DNA of 64,000 nucleotides from positions 22,360 through 86,359 of the forward strand of contig JAWKXX010000017.1 in NCBI GenBank assembly GCA_041396785.1. Reading direction: 5' to 3'. The position numbers and the translations under genes were made by a program. The notes beneath the pieces are model-generated. The model was not told where the DNA came from. It ran no database searches and saw only the letters and a program-made list of their open reading frames with translations. Below are positions 30,692 through 40,491 of the stretch, piece after piece (within the stretch, counting starts at the first letter, position 1; each line of letters starts with the position of its first letter). Source of the stretch: Novosphingobium sp. Its GTDB lineage: Bacteria; Pseudomonadota; Alphaproteobacteria; Sphingomonadales; Sphingomonadaceae.

Positions 30692-31615
30692 TCAGCCCTG
30701 GACTGCGGCGGCGACTTCGGCGGCGAAGTCGCTTTCCTTCTTCTCGATGCCTTCACCGAGCTGGAAGCGGACGAAATCCTTGAGCACGATCTTGCTGCCG
30801 GCTTCCTTGCCCGCCTGCTCGACCACCTGGGCGACCGGGGTCTTGTTGTCGATCACGAAGACCTGGCTGAGCAGCGCGTTTTCCTTGGCGAACTTGTTCA
30901 CCGCGCCTTCGACCATCTTTTCCTGGACGTTCTCCGGCTTGCCGCTTTCCGCCGCCTTTTCCGCCGCGATCTTGCGCTCGCGCTCGATCAGCTCGGAATC
31001 GAGGCCGTCTGCGTCGAGCGCCAGCGGAAAGGCCGCCGCGATATGCATGGCGATCTGCTTGCCCAGCGGCTCGAGAACGTCGGCGCCCGCCTCGCTTTCG
31101 AGCGCGACAAGCACACCGATCTTGCCGAGATTGGGCGCGGCCGCGTTGTGCATGTACGGCACGACGATGCCGGTCGGAACCTCGACGGTCTTCATCCGGC
31201 GCAGCTGCTGGTTCTCACCGATAGTGGCGACATTGTTGGTCAGCGCCTCGCCCACCGTTCCGCCGCCGGGATAGGCCGCGTCCTTGAGCGCTTCGATATC
31301 GTCCGATGCGGCCGACAGCGCCACTTCGGTCGTCTGGCGCACGAAATCCTGGAACTGCTCGTTCTTGGCGACGAAGTCGGTCTCGGAATTGACTTCGACG
31401 GCCACGCCCCTGGTACCGGCAACGGCAACGCCCACCAGCCCTTCGGCTGCGGTACGGCTCGACTTCTTGGCTGCGGCGGCAAGACCCTTGGCACGCAACG
31501 CATCGACCGCGGTTTCGAAATCGCCGCCGGCTTCGTCCAGTGCCTTCTTGCAGTCCATCATGCCGGCGCCAGTGCGCTCGCGAAGGTTCTTCACGTCAGT
31601 GGCAGTGTAGGCCAT
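30692..31615 (-). CDS. tsf: Elongation factor Ts
   Basis: [26 protein letters not shown]. Confidence 0.97.
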   Translation of the reverse strand: MAYTATDVKNLRERTGAGMMDCKKALDEAGGDFETAVDALRAKGLAAAAKKSSRTAAEGLVGVAVAGTRGVAVEVNSETDFVAKNEQFQDFVRQTTEVALSAASDDIEALKDAAYPGGGTVGEALTNNVATIGENQQLRRMKTVEVPTGIVVPYMHNAAAPNLGKIGVLVALESEAGADVLEPLGKQIAMHIAAAFPLALDADGLDSELIERERKIAAEKAAESGKPENVQEKMVEGAVNKFAKENALLSQVFVIDNKTPVAQVVEQAGKEAGSKIVLKDFVRFQLGEGIEKKESDFAAEVAAAVQG

Positions 31616-31696
31616 CGCGTATATCCTCTTGAAATCATGTGATGCGCCCGGAGCCCTTGGACTCCGCGCACGACAGTTTAATGACGAAAGCCTTGC

Positions 31697-32482
31697 TCAG
31701 GCTTCTGCCGCGGGCACCTCTGCCGGCTGCTCGACAACGGCCTCTTCGGCCATTGGCTCGTCGAGCGCGCCGATATCGGCACCCGAATCGACGATCGCTT
31801 CCCGCCCGCCCTTCTGCGCGGCCTGGCTGACGGCATCGCAATAAAGGCGAATGGCGCGCGAGGCGTCATCGTTGCCCGGGATCGGGAAGGCGATGCCCTG
31901 CGGATCGACATTCGAATCGAGAATGGCGACGACCGGAATGCCAAGCACATTGGCTTCCTTGATCGCCAGCTCTTCCTTGTTGGCGTCGATCACGAACATC
32001 ACGTCGGGAATGCCGCCCATGTCGCGGATCCCGCCGAGCGAGAGTTCCAGCTTGTCGCGCTCACGGGTGAGCTGCAGGACTTCCTTCTTGGTGAGGCCAG
32101 TCGTGTCGCCCGAAAGCTGCTCTTCAAGGCTCTTGAGGCGCTTGATCGACTGCGAGATCGTCTTCCAGTTGGTGAGCATGCCGCCCAGCCAGCGGTGGTT
32201 GACGAAGTGCTGCCCGGCCGCGCGGGCCGTCTCGGCGATAGGCTGCTGCGCCTGGCGCTTGGTGCCGACGAACAGCACCTTACCCCCGGCCTGAACGGTC
32301 GCGGAGACGAATTCCAGCGCGCGCGCCATAAGCGGCACGGTCTGCGACAGGTCGATGATGTGAACGCCGTTCCGCGCGCCGAAGATATACGGCTTCATCC
32401 GCGGGTTCCAGCGGTGGGTCTGGTGGCCGAAATGCGCGCCGGCCTCGATCAATTGCTGCATCGTGACGGTGGGAGCCGCCAT
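31697..32482 (-). CDS. rpsB: 30S ribosomal protein S2
   Basis: [29 protein letters not shown]. Confidence 0.98.
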   Translation of the reverse strand: MAAPTVTMQQLIEAGAHFGHQTHRWNPRMKPYIFGARNGVHIIDLSQTVPLMARALEFVSATVQAGGKVLFVGTKRQAQQPIAETARAAGQHFVNHRWLGGMLTNWKTISQSIKRLKSLEEQLSGDTTGLTKKEVLQLTRERDKLELSLGGIRDMGGIPDVMFVIDANKEELAIKEANVLGIPVVAILDSNVDPQGIAFPIPGNDDASRAIRLYCDAVSQAAQKGGREAIVDSGADIGALDEPMAEEAVVEQPAEVPAAEA

Positions 32483-32580
32483 AGTGGTTTCCTTTCCGGT
32501 TAGTGCCTCTGGGAAGCTGGAACCGTGCGGAAATGGCCCGCTGCGGCACCGGTATGGCAGTGCTTCCCATGTGGATTTGC
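32483..32580 (-). promoter_or_regulatory. Structured rpsB 5' leader (probable S2 autoregulatory element)
   Basis: TGGGAAGC/GCTTCCCA long-range stem (32510-32517 with 32562-32569) upstream of the AAAGGA RBS. Confidence 0.5.
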
Positions 32581-32703
32581 CGGCGGCCGGTCACGCTCTG
32601 GCAGAACGCAAAGTCCGTCGACGCGGCGGCCCTTAGCGGGGCCGTTCACGAAAATCCAGCACGAATTCGCCCCGGACGCGCAACGGATCGCCGTAAATAG
32701 TGC

Positions 32704-32729
32704 TTGACGCACCAGAACAAATAGAGAAC
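32704..32729 (+). promoter_or_regulatory. Sigma70-type -35 (TTGACG) with alphaproteobacterial LexA box in the spacer
   Basis: TTGACG at 32704-32709; GAAC-AAATAGA-GAAC (GAAC-N7-GAAC) at 32715-32729. Confidence 0.8.
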
Positions 32730-32744
32730 ATTACTTCGGCGGTA

Positions 32745-32769
32745 GGAACATCATACCCGATGATTCGTT
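32745..32769 (+). promoter_or_regulatory. EcfG/sigmaT (general stress response)-type promoter
   Basis: GGAAC-N16-CGTT exact match. Confidence 0.55.
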
Positions 32770-32788
32770 TATCCACAACTTATCCACA
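32769..32788 (+). promoter_or_regulatory. Two tandem perfect DnaA boxes
   Basis: TTATCCACA at 32769-32777 and 32780-32788. Confidence 0.75.
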
Positions 32789-32829
32789 GGCACTGCACAG
32801 CTTTGCCAAGATGCGAAGGAAACACTGCC

Positions 32830-33090
32830 ATGGCCGGCATTCTGCTGATCGCACTGTTCACCGCCAGCGCCGCGCTGGCCATTGCCAGTATTGCCGTCAG
32901 CCTTCACCGCTACGGTCCGGCGTCGCTGCATCTGAGGAAGCAGCTGAGCGAATGCCCGCAACACATGGTCGTGCGCTGGAAAGTCACCACCGTCGCATCC
33001 CGTCCGGTTGGTGCGCAGATCCTGCGCCCCGATTTCCGGGCCAGGGCTATGGCTCCTGGCCGGCGCCCCGCCCTCCTCGCTGCCGCTTGA
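32830..33090 (+). CDS. Hypothetical 86-aa single-pass membrane protein, probably SOS-regulated
   Basis: AAGGA RBS, ATG, N-terminal hydrophobic helix (MAGILLIALFTASAALAIASIAVSL), C-terminus ALLAAA. Confidence 0.7.
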   Translation: MAGILLIALFTASAALAIASIAVSLHRYGPASLHLRKQLSECPQHMVVRWKVTTVASRPVGAQILRPDFRARAMAPGRRPALLAAA

Positions 33091-33844
33091 CCCGGGCATA
33101 GCTGAAGACGCCAAGGGGGATAAGCAACAGGTAGCCGAGGCTGACCACGACCAGGGTGAACCAGGGTTCGATAAGCAGCGCCGCGACGAGCATCCCGGCA
33201 AGGGCAATCACTTCCAGGCGAATACTCTTGCGCGGACGCAGGCGCGACCAGCTCAGCGTCGGCAGGCTGGAAATCATCAGGAAGGCAATCAGCACGAGCC
33301 AGACGGCCACTCCGGCGGGCTGCCGGAATTCCTCCTGCTCGCTTGCGATCCACAGATAGAGAGGCAGGAAAGCGAGTCCGGCGCCAACCGGCGCGGGCAC
33401 ACCTGTCAGGAATCCGGCCTGCTTGTGCGGCTGGTCTGGCAAATCGATGCGGGCATTGAAGCGGGCAAGGCGCAGCACGCAGCATATCGCGAAAGCAAGC
33501 GCGGCGAACCAACCAAGGCTCGGAAGGTCGCGCAACGCCCACAAATAGATAATCAGAGCCGGCGCCACGCCGAAGGAGATCGAATCGGCAAGGCTGTCCA
33601 GTTCGGCACCGAAGCGCGACTGCGCCTTGAGCAGGCGAGCGGCCCTGCCGTCGATGCCGTCGAGCAGGCCCGCCAGAATGACCGCCAGCACGGACTTTTC
33701 GAATTCGCCGGCGATGGCAAAGCGGATACCGGTAAGACCCACGCAAAGCGCCGCCGCCGTCAGCGCATTGGGCACCAGCGCCCGCAGCGTCAGCCCTTTC
33801 GGCAGGCGTCCGGTTCGTCCTTCCGGTTCGACTATCCCGTTCAC
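33047..33844 (-). CDS. pssA: CDP-diacylglycerol--serine O-phosphatidyltransferase
   Basis: [14 protein letters not shown]...G.ELDSLAD, RLARFN. Confidence 0.92.
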   Translation of the reverse strand: MNGIVEPEGRTGRLPKGLTLRALVPNALTAAALCVGLTGIRFAIAGEFEKSVLAVILAGLLDGIDGRAARLLKAQSRFGAELDSLADSISFGVAPALIIYLWALRDLPSLGWFAALAFAICCVLRLARFNARIDLPDQPHKQAGFLTGVPAPVGAGLAFLPLYLWIASEQEEFRQPAGVAVWLVLIAFLMISSLPTLSWSRLRPRKSIRLEVIALAGMLVAALLIEPWFTLVVVSLGYLLLIPLGVFSYARVKRQRGGRGAGQEP

Positions 33845-34590
33845 TGGATGACGCCTTCCAGCTGCGGAGCCTGGCCGACCTCGGCAAGCACGCTTTCGCC
33901 GGCAATGACCCGCTGGCCGAGGATGACGCGCGGCTCGGTGCCTTGCGGCAGGTAGACGTCGACCCGGCTGCCGAAACGGATCAGCCCGACCCGCTGGCCG
34001 CTCGCGAGGATGTCGCCGGGCTTGATGAACGGCACGATGCGACGCGCCACCAGCCCCGCGATCTGGGTGAAGCATATCGCCAGCCCGTCTGCCCGTTCGA
34101 TCAGGATGTGCTGGCGCTCGTTCTCCTCGCTCGCCTTGTCGAGGTCGGCGTTCATGAACTTGCCGGGAATGTATACGACCCGCGTCACGGTGCCACCGAT
34201 TGGTGCCCGATTGATGTGCACGTCGAACACACTCATGAAGATCGATAGGCGCGTAACCGGCTCGTCCGGCATGCCGGACGAGCCGCTGCCGTCATCGACG
34301 AGGAACTCGGGCGGCGGCGGGACTTTCTGGATAAGCGAAACCAGCCCGTCGGCCGGCGAAACGATGAAACGCTCGTCCTGAGGCGTCACGCGTTGCGGAT
34401 CGCGAAAGAAAGCGAGGATGCAGATGGCAAGCGCACCCAGCGGCCAGGCGATGGTCTCCCATGCGGGAATGGCGGCGAGCAGGCTCAGCCCCGCCGCGAT
34501 CGCGGCGAACTTGCGTCCTTCGGGATGAATCGAAGGCCATTGCCAGCTCGCCTCGCCCCGCCCCTGATTGTCTAGATTTTCACCGGGCAT
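33841..34590 (-). CDS. psd: Phosphatidylserine decarboxylase proenzyme
   Basis: [29 protein letters not shown]. Confidence 0.94.
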   Translation of the reverse strand: MPGENLDNQGRGEASWQWPSIHPEGRKFAAIAAGLSLLAAIPAWETIAWPLGALAICILAFFRDPQRVTPQDERFIVSPADGLVSLIQKVPPPPEFLVDDGSGSSGMPDEPVTRLSIFMSVFDVHINRAPIGGTVTRVVYIPGKFMNADLDKASEENERQHILIERADGLAICFTQIAGLVARRIVPFIKPGDILASGQRVGLIRFGSRVDVYLPQGTEPRVILGQRVIAGESVLAEVGQAPQLEGVIQ

Positions 34591-34927
34591 GGGCGCCATT
34601 TAGGCGGTGCCGGAGAAAGCCGCAATGGCCGCCGGCCGAGGCCGAGCCACAATGCCATCGTTCCTGTCGGCGAAATCGCGATGTGCCGCACCCCGCAAAA
34701 GCTGGAACCCCGGCTTCCGGCCAGCTCCAGATCCAAGGAGTTCTGCGGCCCTTCATGGTTACCGAACATTAACCATCCACGCCGATAACGGCGAAATCCC
34801 GTTATCGGCGCCGAGATATAGCGCCTGTAACGGTCGAAATGCGAAGGGGACGCGATACAATGCCGATGCAGGATGGAGACACATCCGCAGATCGCTGGCC
34901 GTGGCGCCGCCTCGCATGGGGGCGCTC

Positions 34928-36085
34928 ATGAGGATCCTGTTCTACCTGCCGGTCGTCACCCCCTGGTGGTTCGACCACATGATCGCGCCCATGCTGCGCG
35001 CCTTGCACGATGATGCGGAGCTGCATGTCATGGTCGCCCCGCTGTGGCGCAATACCGGCATCGAGGGACACCAGCTCGCGCCGCTGGCCGATCTTGGCAG
35101 GATATTCTGGCATGTGATCGACGAGGGCGAGCCGGACCAGTTCCGCTGCAACGGCAGCAGCGTTCCCGGACTGGTCGAGCTGGTCAACCAGATCGACCCG
35201 GAGCTGACACTCGCCCGCAGCGCGGATTTCGCCACCGCGAAGCAGTTTCCGGGAACCGTCCGCTACATCATGGAAGGCGCACCCCCGCCATTCGAGATCC
35301 TTCCCATGCGCATTCTCGTCGAGGAGGTGCCGTTCAGCCTTGGCGTCATGCCGGAGGACGCGACGGAAACCATCGACCGCTGCGTAACCGCCTTTGCCGA
35401 CATCTGGGAGGAATCGGACCGCTTCCGCCATCCGTCCGTCGGGCCGGACTGGCGCGGTGCACTGGGCCTGCCGCCCGAACGCCCGGTTCTCGCGGTGCCG
35501 CTGCATTACGAGCACAGGGAGAATTTCTTCCTGATGCACAGCGGATTTCCCTGCGCGGTCGACTTGCTGCGCCATCTGCTGGAGACCGTCGACCAGGATG
35601 TGTTTCTCGCGCTCAGCGATCACCCGCTCAACAAGCTCTACGTCAACCGCGCGGAAATCCACCAGTTGGTGCATTGCAATCACGATCGCGTCGCCCTTTG
35701 CGAAGTCGAAGACGTTCCCGGAGGCGCGACCGCCGCGCTCGCCGTCCATGCCGATGCGATGCTGATCGACCAGAGCAAGAGCTGGTCGCTGGCTGCCCAT
35801 GCCGCCACGCCAATGGTACGCGTTGGCAATTCGCACCTTGCAGGCTGGCTCAATGCCGCCGAACTGGACGATCCGGCTATCCGCAACTGGAACGGGAACG
35901 GCTTGGCCGCGCCCGACCCGGTTGCCGCCCACCGCTATTTCTGCTGGCATCTCGGCACGCGGGTTTTCAACCCGAACAAGCTGAACCTGGAGCGACTGCT
36001 TGCCCATGTCTCGGGCAAGGTTCCCGACTGGATCATCGAGTCCAACGCCGAGATCCTGCACCAGCAGCAGAAGGAAGCGGCCTGA
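34928..36085 (+). CDS. Putative capsule-synthesis (KpsS/KpsC-like) ulosonate glycosyltransferase
   Basis: VPLHYEHRENF and LSDHP resemble the Capsule_synth PLQ...D / K.HP motifs; first gene of a Kdo operon. Confidence 0.5.
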   Translation: MRILFYLPVVTPWWFDHMIAPMLRALHDDAELHVMVAPLWRNTGIEGHQLAPLADLGRIFWHVIDEGEPDQFRCNGSSVPGLVELVNQIDPELTLARSADFATAKQFPGTVRYIMEGAPPPFEILPMRILVEEVPFSLGVMPEDATETIDRCVTAFADIWEESDRFRHPSVGPDWRGALGLPPERPVLAVPLHYEHRENFFLMHSGFPCAVDLLRHLLETVDQDVFLALSDHPLNKLYVNRAEIHQLVHCNHDRVALCEVEDVPGGATAALAVHADAMLIDQSKSWSLAAHAATPMVRVGNSHLAGWLNAAELDDPAIRNWNGNGLAAPDPVAAHRYFCWHLGTRVFNPNKLNLERLLAHVSGKVPDWIIESNAEILHQQQKEAA

Positions 36086-37098
36086 TGGCTCAGGCGCGCC
36101 AGTCCCGGTCAGCCGTGCTGCAGGAAGTGGCCGAGCCCGTCGGGCCAACCGGCTGGGCGCTTGACGTGCTGCGCGAGGAAGCCGCCGTGATCGACAGGAT
36201 CGTCGCCGATCCTCCGCTCGCGCTGGCCGATGCCATTGCCTGTGTCGCCGATGCGGCCAATCCCGTGCTGTGCTGCGGCGTCGGCAAGTCCGGGCTTGTC
36301 GCCGCCAAGATCGCCGCAACACTCTCCAGCCTGGGCACGCCCGCCTTTGCCCTGTCGGCTGGCGATGCGGCCCATGGCGACCTTGGCGCAGTCCTACCGG
36401 GCAGCGTCGTACTGCTCTTCTCCAACAGCGGCACCACTGCCGAGATCCTGCGCATCGTGCCCGGCCTCAGGGCACGCGGCTGTCACCTGATCGGACTGGT
36501 CGGAAGGGCGGCGTCGCCGCTCGGCCGGGCCGTCGATACGCTAATCGACCTGCCGGTCACGCGCGAGGCAGATCACATCGGCATGGCCCCCACCGCCAGC
36601 ACTACACTGCAAATGGCGATGGGCGATGCCATCGCCGTCGCCGCCAGCCGCCTGCGCGGCTTTACCCGGGACGACTTCCTGAAATGCCATCCCGCCGGCC
36701 AGCTCGGCCAGCATGCCCTGCCCGTCGCCTCGCTGATGCGGACCGGCGATGCCATGCCGGTGGTGATGCCGCACATGGCGCTTGCCGAAACCGCCAGCGT
36801 AATGTCGGCCGGGTTGATGGGCGCGGCCTGCGTCATCGACCATGACAATCGCCTGCTCGGCATCATCGTCGACGGCGACGTGCGCCGCGCCGTCCAGTCT
36901 CGCACCGACCTTTATGGCGTTGCCGCCAGCGCGGTAATGCGCACCGATCCGGTGGTCCTGTCCGCCAGCGCCACGATCGGCGACGCGCTCGAACTGATGC
37001 GTGCTCATGGCTCCGGCCTGCTTGTCCTGCCCGTGACCGACGATAGCGGCCACCTGGTCGGAATGGTGCACAGCGTCGATCTGGTGCAAAGTCTATGA
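36085..37098 (+). CDS. kdsD: KpsF/GutQ arabinose-5-phosphate isomerase (SIS + 2 CBS)
   Basis: GVGKSG, A.HGDLG, SNSG.T.E, APTAST, HPAG.LG, DGD.RR. Confidence 0.9.
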   Translation: MAQARQSRSAVLQEVAEPVGPTGWALDVLREEAAVIDRIVADPPLALADAIACVADAANPVLCCGVGKSGLVAAKIAATLSSLGTPAFALSAGDAAHGDLGAVLPGSVVLLFSNSGTTAEILRIVPGLRARGCHLIGLVGRAASPLGRAVDTLIDLPVTREADHIGMAPTASTTLQMAMGDAIAVAASRLRGFTRDDFLKCHPAGQLGQHALPVASLMRTGDAMPVVMPHMALAETASVMSAGLMGAACVIDHDNRLLGIIVDGDVRRAVQSRTDLYGVAASAVMRTDPVVLSASATIGDALELMRAHGSGLLVLPVTDDSGHLVGMVHSVDLVQSL

Positions 37099-38438
37099 AC
37101 GTCCACGCCTCTTTCGCGACCCGTCCCCGCGTCGTCGCTTTCGTGCCGGCCAAGGGCACCAGCGAACGCATCGCCAACAAGAACCTGCAGATCCTCGACG
37201 GTGACCACCTGTTCCGCCGCAAACTGCGGCAACTGGTCGCCTGCGCCGCGATCGATACGGTCTATCTCGACACCGAAGCCGAGGACATTGCAGAACTTGC
37301 GGAAGATTTACCGGTCAAATGGCTGAAACGCCCGGAAAACCTAGCGAACAATTCCTGCGACGGGCACGCCCTCTTTGCCTGGGAATGCGCCAATGCAGAA
37401 CCTGCCGACCTCTACGTCCAGATCCTGTGCACCGCGCCTTTCGTCACCGCCGATACGGTCGGCCGGGCCATCCAGCGCATGATCGACGAACCCGAAGCCG
37501 ATAGCCTGGTCGGCGTCGCCAGTGCCCGACAATATTGCTGGTCGGGCAGTGAGCCCGCCTATGGCCGCGGCCGCATTCCCAACAGCGTCGAACTCGATCC
37601 CACCGTGGTCGAGGCAATGAGCCTCTACATCGTCCGTCGCCGCGACGGCGAGGAACCGCCCGAACAGCGTTTCGGAAGAAATCCGATCCTGTTCGAGCTC
37701 GATCCGACCGAACAGGTCGATATCAACAACCCGGCAGATTTTGCCATGGCCGAAGCACTATGCGCGGGCCTGCGCGCTACCGAAGTCACCCGGATGCGCG
37801 CACTGCAGCCCTATCTCTCCTCTCCCGTCCTGGCCGATATCGCCAAGGAGATGGGGTTTCGCGCGGTGCTGCCGCCAGCAATCCACGCCACCAGTCCCGG
37901 CAGGATGCTTGGGCGTGCCCGCACCCTCCAGCTCGTCGCCATTCCCCCGGAAGAGCGCGACGGCGACCGCTGGAAGGGGATTTACGACGCGCTGGACAGC
38001 TACCGCTTCGTCCGGCCGGGGTGCGTGATCGCCGTGGCCAACGAAGCGCCGGATCATGCCTATTTCGGCGACCTCAACGCAACGCTCGCGGTCCGTTCCG
38101 GCGCGGTGGGCGCAGTGATCGACGGCGTCACCCGTGACAGCCGCGACGTCTCGCTGCTGGGCCTGCCGGTCTATGCACGCAACAGCTATTGCGACGATAT
38201 CAAATATGAAGGCACGCTGGGCTCGATGAACCGGCCCATCCGTATCGGCGACGTCGAAATCCGCCACGACGACATGATCTTCGGCGACGAGAACGGCGTC
38301 GTCGCGATCCCGGACCGGCTGTGGCCGGAAGTGGAAGAGGCCGCCTGGGACGTGCTCTCCAACGAGGCACGCATTCGCATCATGGCCGCGCGGGGCCGTG
38401 ACGTGAACGAGATCCTCGCGGAATGCGGCGCCTTCTGA
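37095..38438 (+). CDS. Acylneuraminate-type cytidylyltransferase fused to RraA/HMG-aldolase domain
   Basis: N-term VPAKGTSERIANKN, TAPF, VDIN...DF; C-term GRARTL, AYFGDL, IDGVTRD, IFGDENGVV. Confidence 0.8.
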   Translation: MNVHASFATRPRVVAFVPAKGTSERIANKNLQILDGDHLFRRKLRQLVACAAIDTVYLDTEAEDIAELAEDLPVKWLKRPENLANNSCDGHALFAWECANAEPADLYVQILCTAPFVTADTVGRAIQRMIDEPEADSLVGVASARQYCWSGSEPAYGRGRIPNSVELDPTVVEAMSLYIVRRRDGEEPPEQRFGRNPILFELDPTEQVDINNPADFAMAEALCAGLRATEVTRMRALQPYLSSPVLADIAKEMGFRAVLPPAIHATSPGRMLGRARTLQLVAIPPEERDGDRWKGIYDALDSYRFVRPGCVIAVANEAPDHAYFGDLNATLAVRSGAVGAVIDGVTRDSRDVSLLGLPVYARNSYCDDIKYEGTLGSMNRPIRIGDVEIRHDDMIFGDENGVVAIPDRLWPEVEEAAWDVLSNEARIRIMAARGRDVNEILAECGAF

Positions 38439-38467
38439 TGACCGCCGAAAAAGTCTAGAGACAGACC

Positions 38468-39304
38468 ATGCCTTCGCCGTCCGTAGCACTCAGCGACCGG
38501 ATCGCCTTCGCCAACGACCGGCCATTCGTGCTGATCGGCGGGATGAACGTGATCGAGGACCGCGACCTGCTGATGGAAGTGGCCGGCCATTTCGCTTCGG
38601 TCACCAGCGAACTCGGCATCCCCTATGTTTTCAAGGCGTCTTTCGACAAGGCCAACCGCTCGTCGATCCATTCCTTTCGCGGCCCCGGCATGGACAAGGG
38701 GCTGGAACTCCTCGCGGAGGTCAAGAGCCGCTTCGACGTCCCCGTCCTGACCGACATCCACGAACCCGCGCAGGCCGAGCCGGTCGCACAGGTTGCCGAC
38801 ATCATCCAGCTGCCCGCTTTCCTGGCCCGCCAGACCGACCTGGTCGCGGCAATGGCGCGCACCGGGGCCGTCATCAACGTTAAGAAGCCACAATTCCTCG
38901 CACCCGAGGAAATGCGCCACATCCTCGCCAAGTTCCGCGAATGCGGCAACGAACGCGTGCTGCTGTGCGAGCGGGGCACCAGCTTCGGCTACAACAACCT
39001 CGTCGTGGACATGCTCGGCATGGACCAGATGAAGGCTTTTGCGCCGGTGATCTTCGACGTCACCCACGCGCTGCAAAAACCCGGCGGCCGGCCGGACAGC
39101 GCCGACGGTCGTGGCGATCAGGCGGCCGCGCTGGCACGATCCGGCCTGGCGCTGGGCATCGCCGGCCTGTTCGTGGAAGCACATCCCGATCCCGCAAAGG
39201 CAAAATGCGACGGGCCGAGCGCTTTGAAGCTGGCCGATCTGGCGGATTTCCTGGAACACGCCAAAGCCGTGGACGAGGCAGTGAAACAGCTGCGCATCCA
39301 GTGA
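38468..39304 (+). CDS. kdsA: Kdo-8-phosphate synthase
   Basis: [45 protein letters not shown]. Confidence 0.95.
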   Translation: MPSPSVALSDRIAFANDRPFVLIGGMNVIEDRDLLMEVAGHFASVTSELGIPYVFKASFDKANRSSIHSFRGPGMDKGLELLAEVKSRFDVPVLTDIHEPAQAEPVAQVADIIQLPAFLARQTDLVAAMARTGAVINVKKPQFLAPEEMRHILAKFRECGNERVLLCERGTSFGYNNLVVDMLGMDQMKAFAPVIFDVTHALQKPGGRPDSADGRGDQAAALARSGLALGIAGLFVEAHPDPAKAKCDGPSALKLADLADFLEHAKAVDEAVKQLRIQ

Positions 39305-39408
39305 CCTCCGGCAGACTTGCCGCTTCCTTCAACTTCGTCACTCATCGCGCGGCCAAGTTGCAGCCCCCAGACCACGGCCAAGCGGATAGTATCAGCGTTT
39401 GCGCGCGA

Positions 39409-40098
39409 TCATTTACCGAATAATCCGGACGAATCGCTGCCTTTCTTCGTGATCTTCAGGGGCCTGACCAGGTTCTCAGCGAGAGTTTTCTCACTGCCCT
39501 GATAGTCGAACAACAGTTTGTAGGACTTGACGTCGCCGCACGCATATCCGTCGAAAATGCGGGCATAGTCGTCGGGCTCAAGGGATTCGAATATCTTGAT
39601 GTCGCAATTGCTGTCGCCCTCGAGACCGTTCAGGATCAGGCGTTTGACGACTATCGCCCCGGTCGAGGTATTCTGAAGATCGAAATGATCGCCGTGCGAG
39701 GTAAACGCCACGGTGCCCTTTTTGCTATCGAAGTTCTCCTCAAGATTTCCGGCATCGGTCTCGATCTTCAGATCTATGACATTGCCGCAAGAACCTGCGG
39801 ACTTCGTCACAGAATCGTCTTGTTTCAGCGTTGCAAATACCTTGATGCTGCAATCCTGATCGTTCTCGAGATTGTTGAGGATAATTCGCTGCACCACGAT
39901 CGGCTCTTGGGCGTTGTTTCGAATGTCGATCATGGTCAGGTTACCGGCCCCGCGTTTGTTCACGGTCAAGTCCAGCCGGCCATTGGCGACAGAACCCTCC
40001 TCGTCGGCGCTAGCTGATTGGAACGAACACGCGGCCGCCATCGTGGCGGTAACTATGACAAGCCAACCCCGAACGACTAGTAGCAACTTGTGTAACAT
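39409..40098 (-). CDS. Hypothetical lipoprotein with internal tandem duplication
   Basis: Hydrophobic leader ending AAAC; two similar ~70-aa Cys-pair domains. Confidence 0.6.
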   Translation of the reverse strand: MLHKLLLVVRGWLVIVTATMAAACSFQSASADEEGSVANGRLDLTVNKRGAGNLTMIDIRNNAQEPIVVQRIILNNLENDQDCSIKVFATLKQDDSVTKSAGSCGNVIDLKIETDAGNLEENFDSKKGTVAFTSHGDHFDLQNTSTGAIVVKRLILNGLEGDSNCDIKIFESLEPDDYARIFDGYACGDVKSYKLLFDYQGSEKTLAENLVRPLKITKKGSDSSGLFGK

Positions 40099-40491
40099 CG
40101 CATGGCCCCCTTGATTACCCGGCTGCGCCAAGGGCAAACACCAATTTCTACTGCCATCGAACCGCGGTCCGCCAGCAGATATTCAGCGAGTCTGCAGCTT
40201 CGAACACGAATCAAGTCATTAACCTTTTAGTCCCCTTGTGTGAACCAACATTGCCGAATCGCGGCAAGTATCGCGGTTTGCACCTCACGGACCGGATCCC
40301 GCTGAATAGTACGGCCAACCTTGGGCTCAACCCGATGGCGCAGTATCGATCGACGACCTCAGGATCAAAGCGTCGAAAATCTTGAATCCTGCATGGGACA
40401 TTGCCCGAAAACCTGTGATAGGGCCGCCAGCCTTGGGACGTACCGCTTCCCTCGCAGGAGAAGCGGGCAAGACTGGTGGGGAAGGAGTCCA

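Noticed and set aside
32769-32788. oriC, because of perfect DnaA boxes
   Set aside because: Only two boxes, no extended AT-rich unwinding element and no dnaA/hemE/parAB context; a regulatory role fits better.
35044-36084. Long N-terminal extension of KdsD (684-aa ORF)
   Set aside because: Arg/Pro-rich alternative frame of the upstream gene; the real ATG is at 36085, overlapping the upstream stop.
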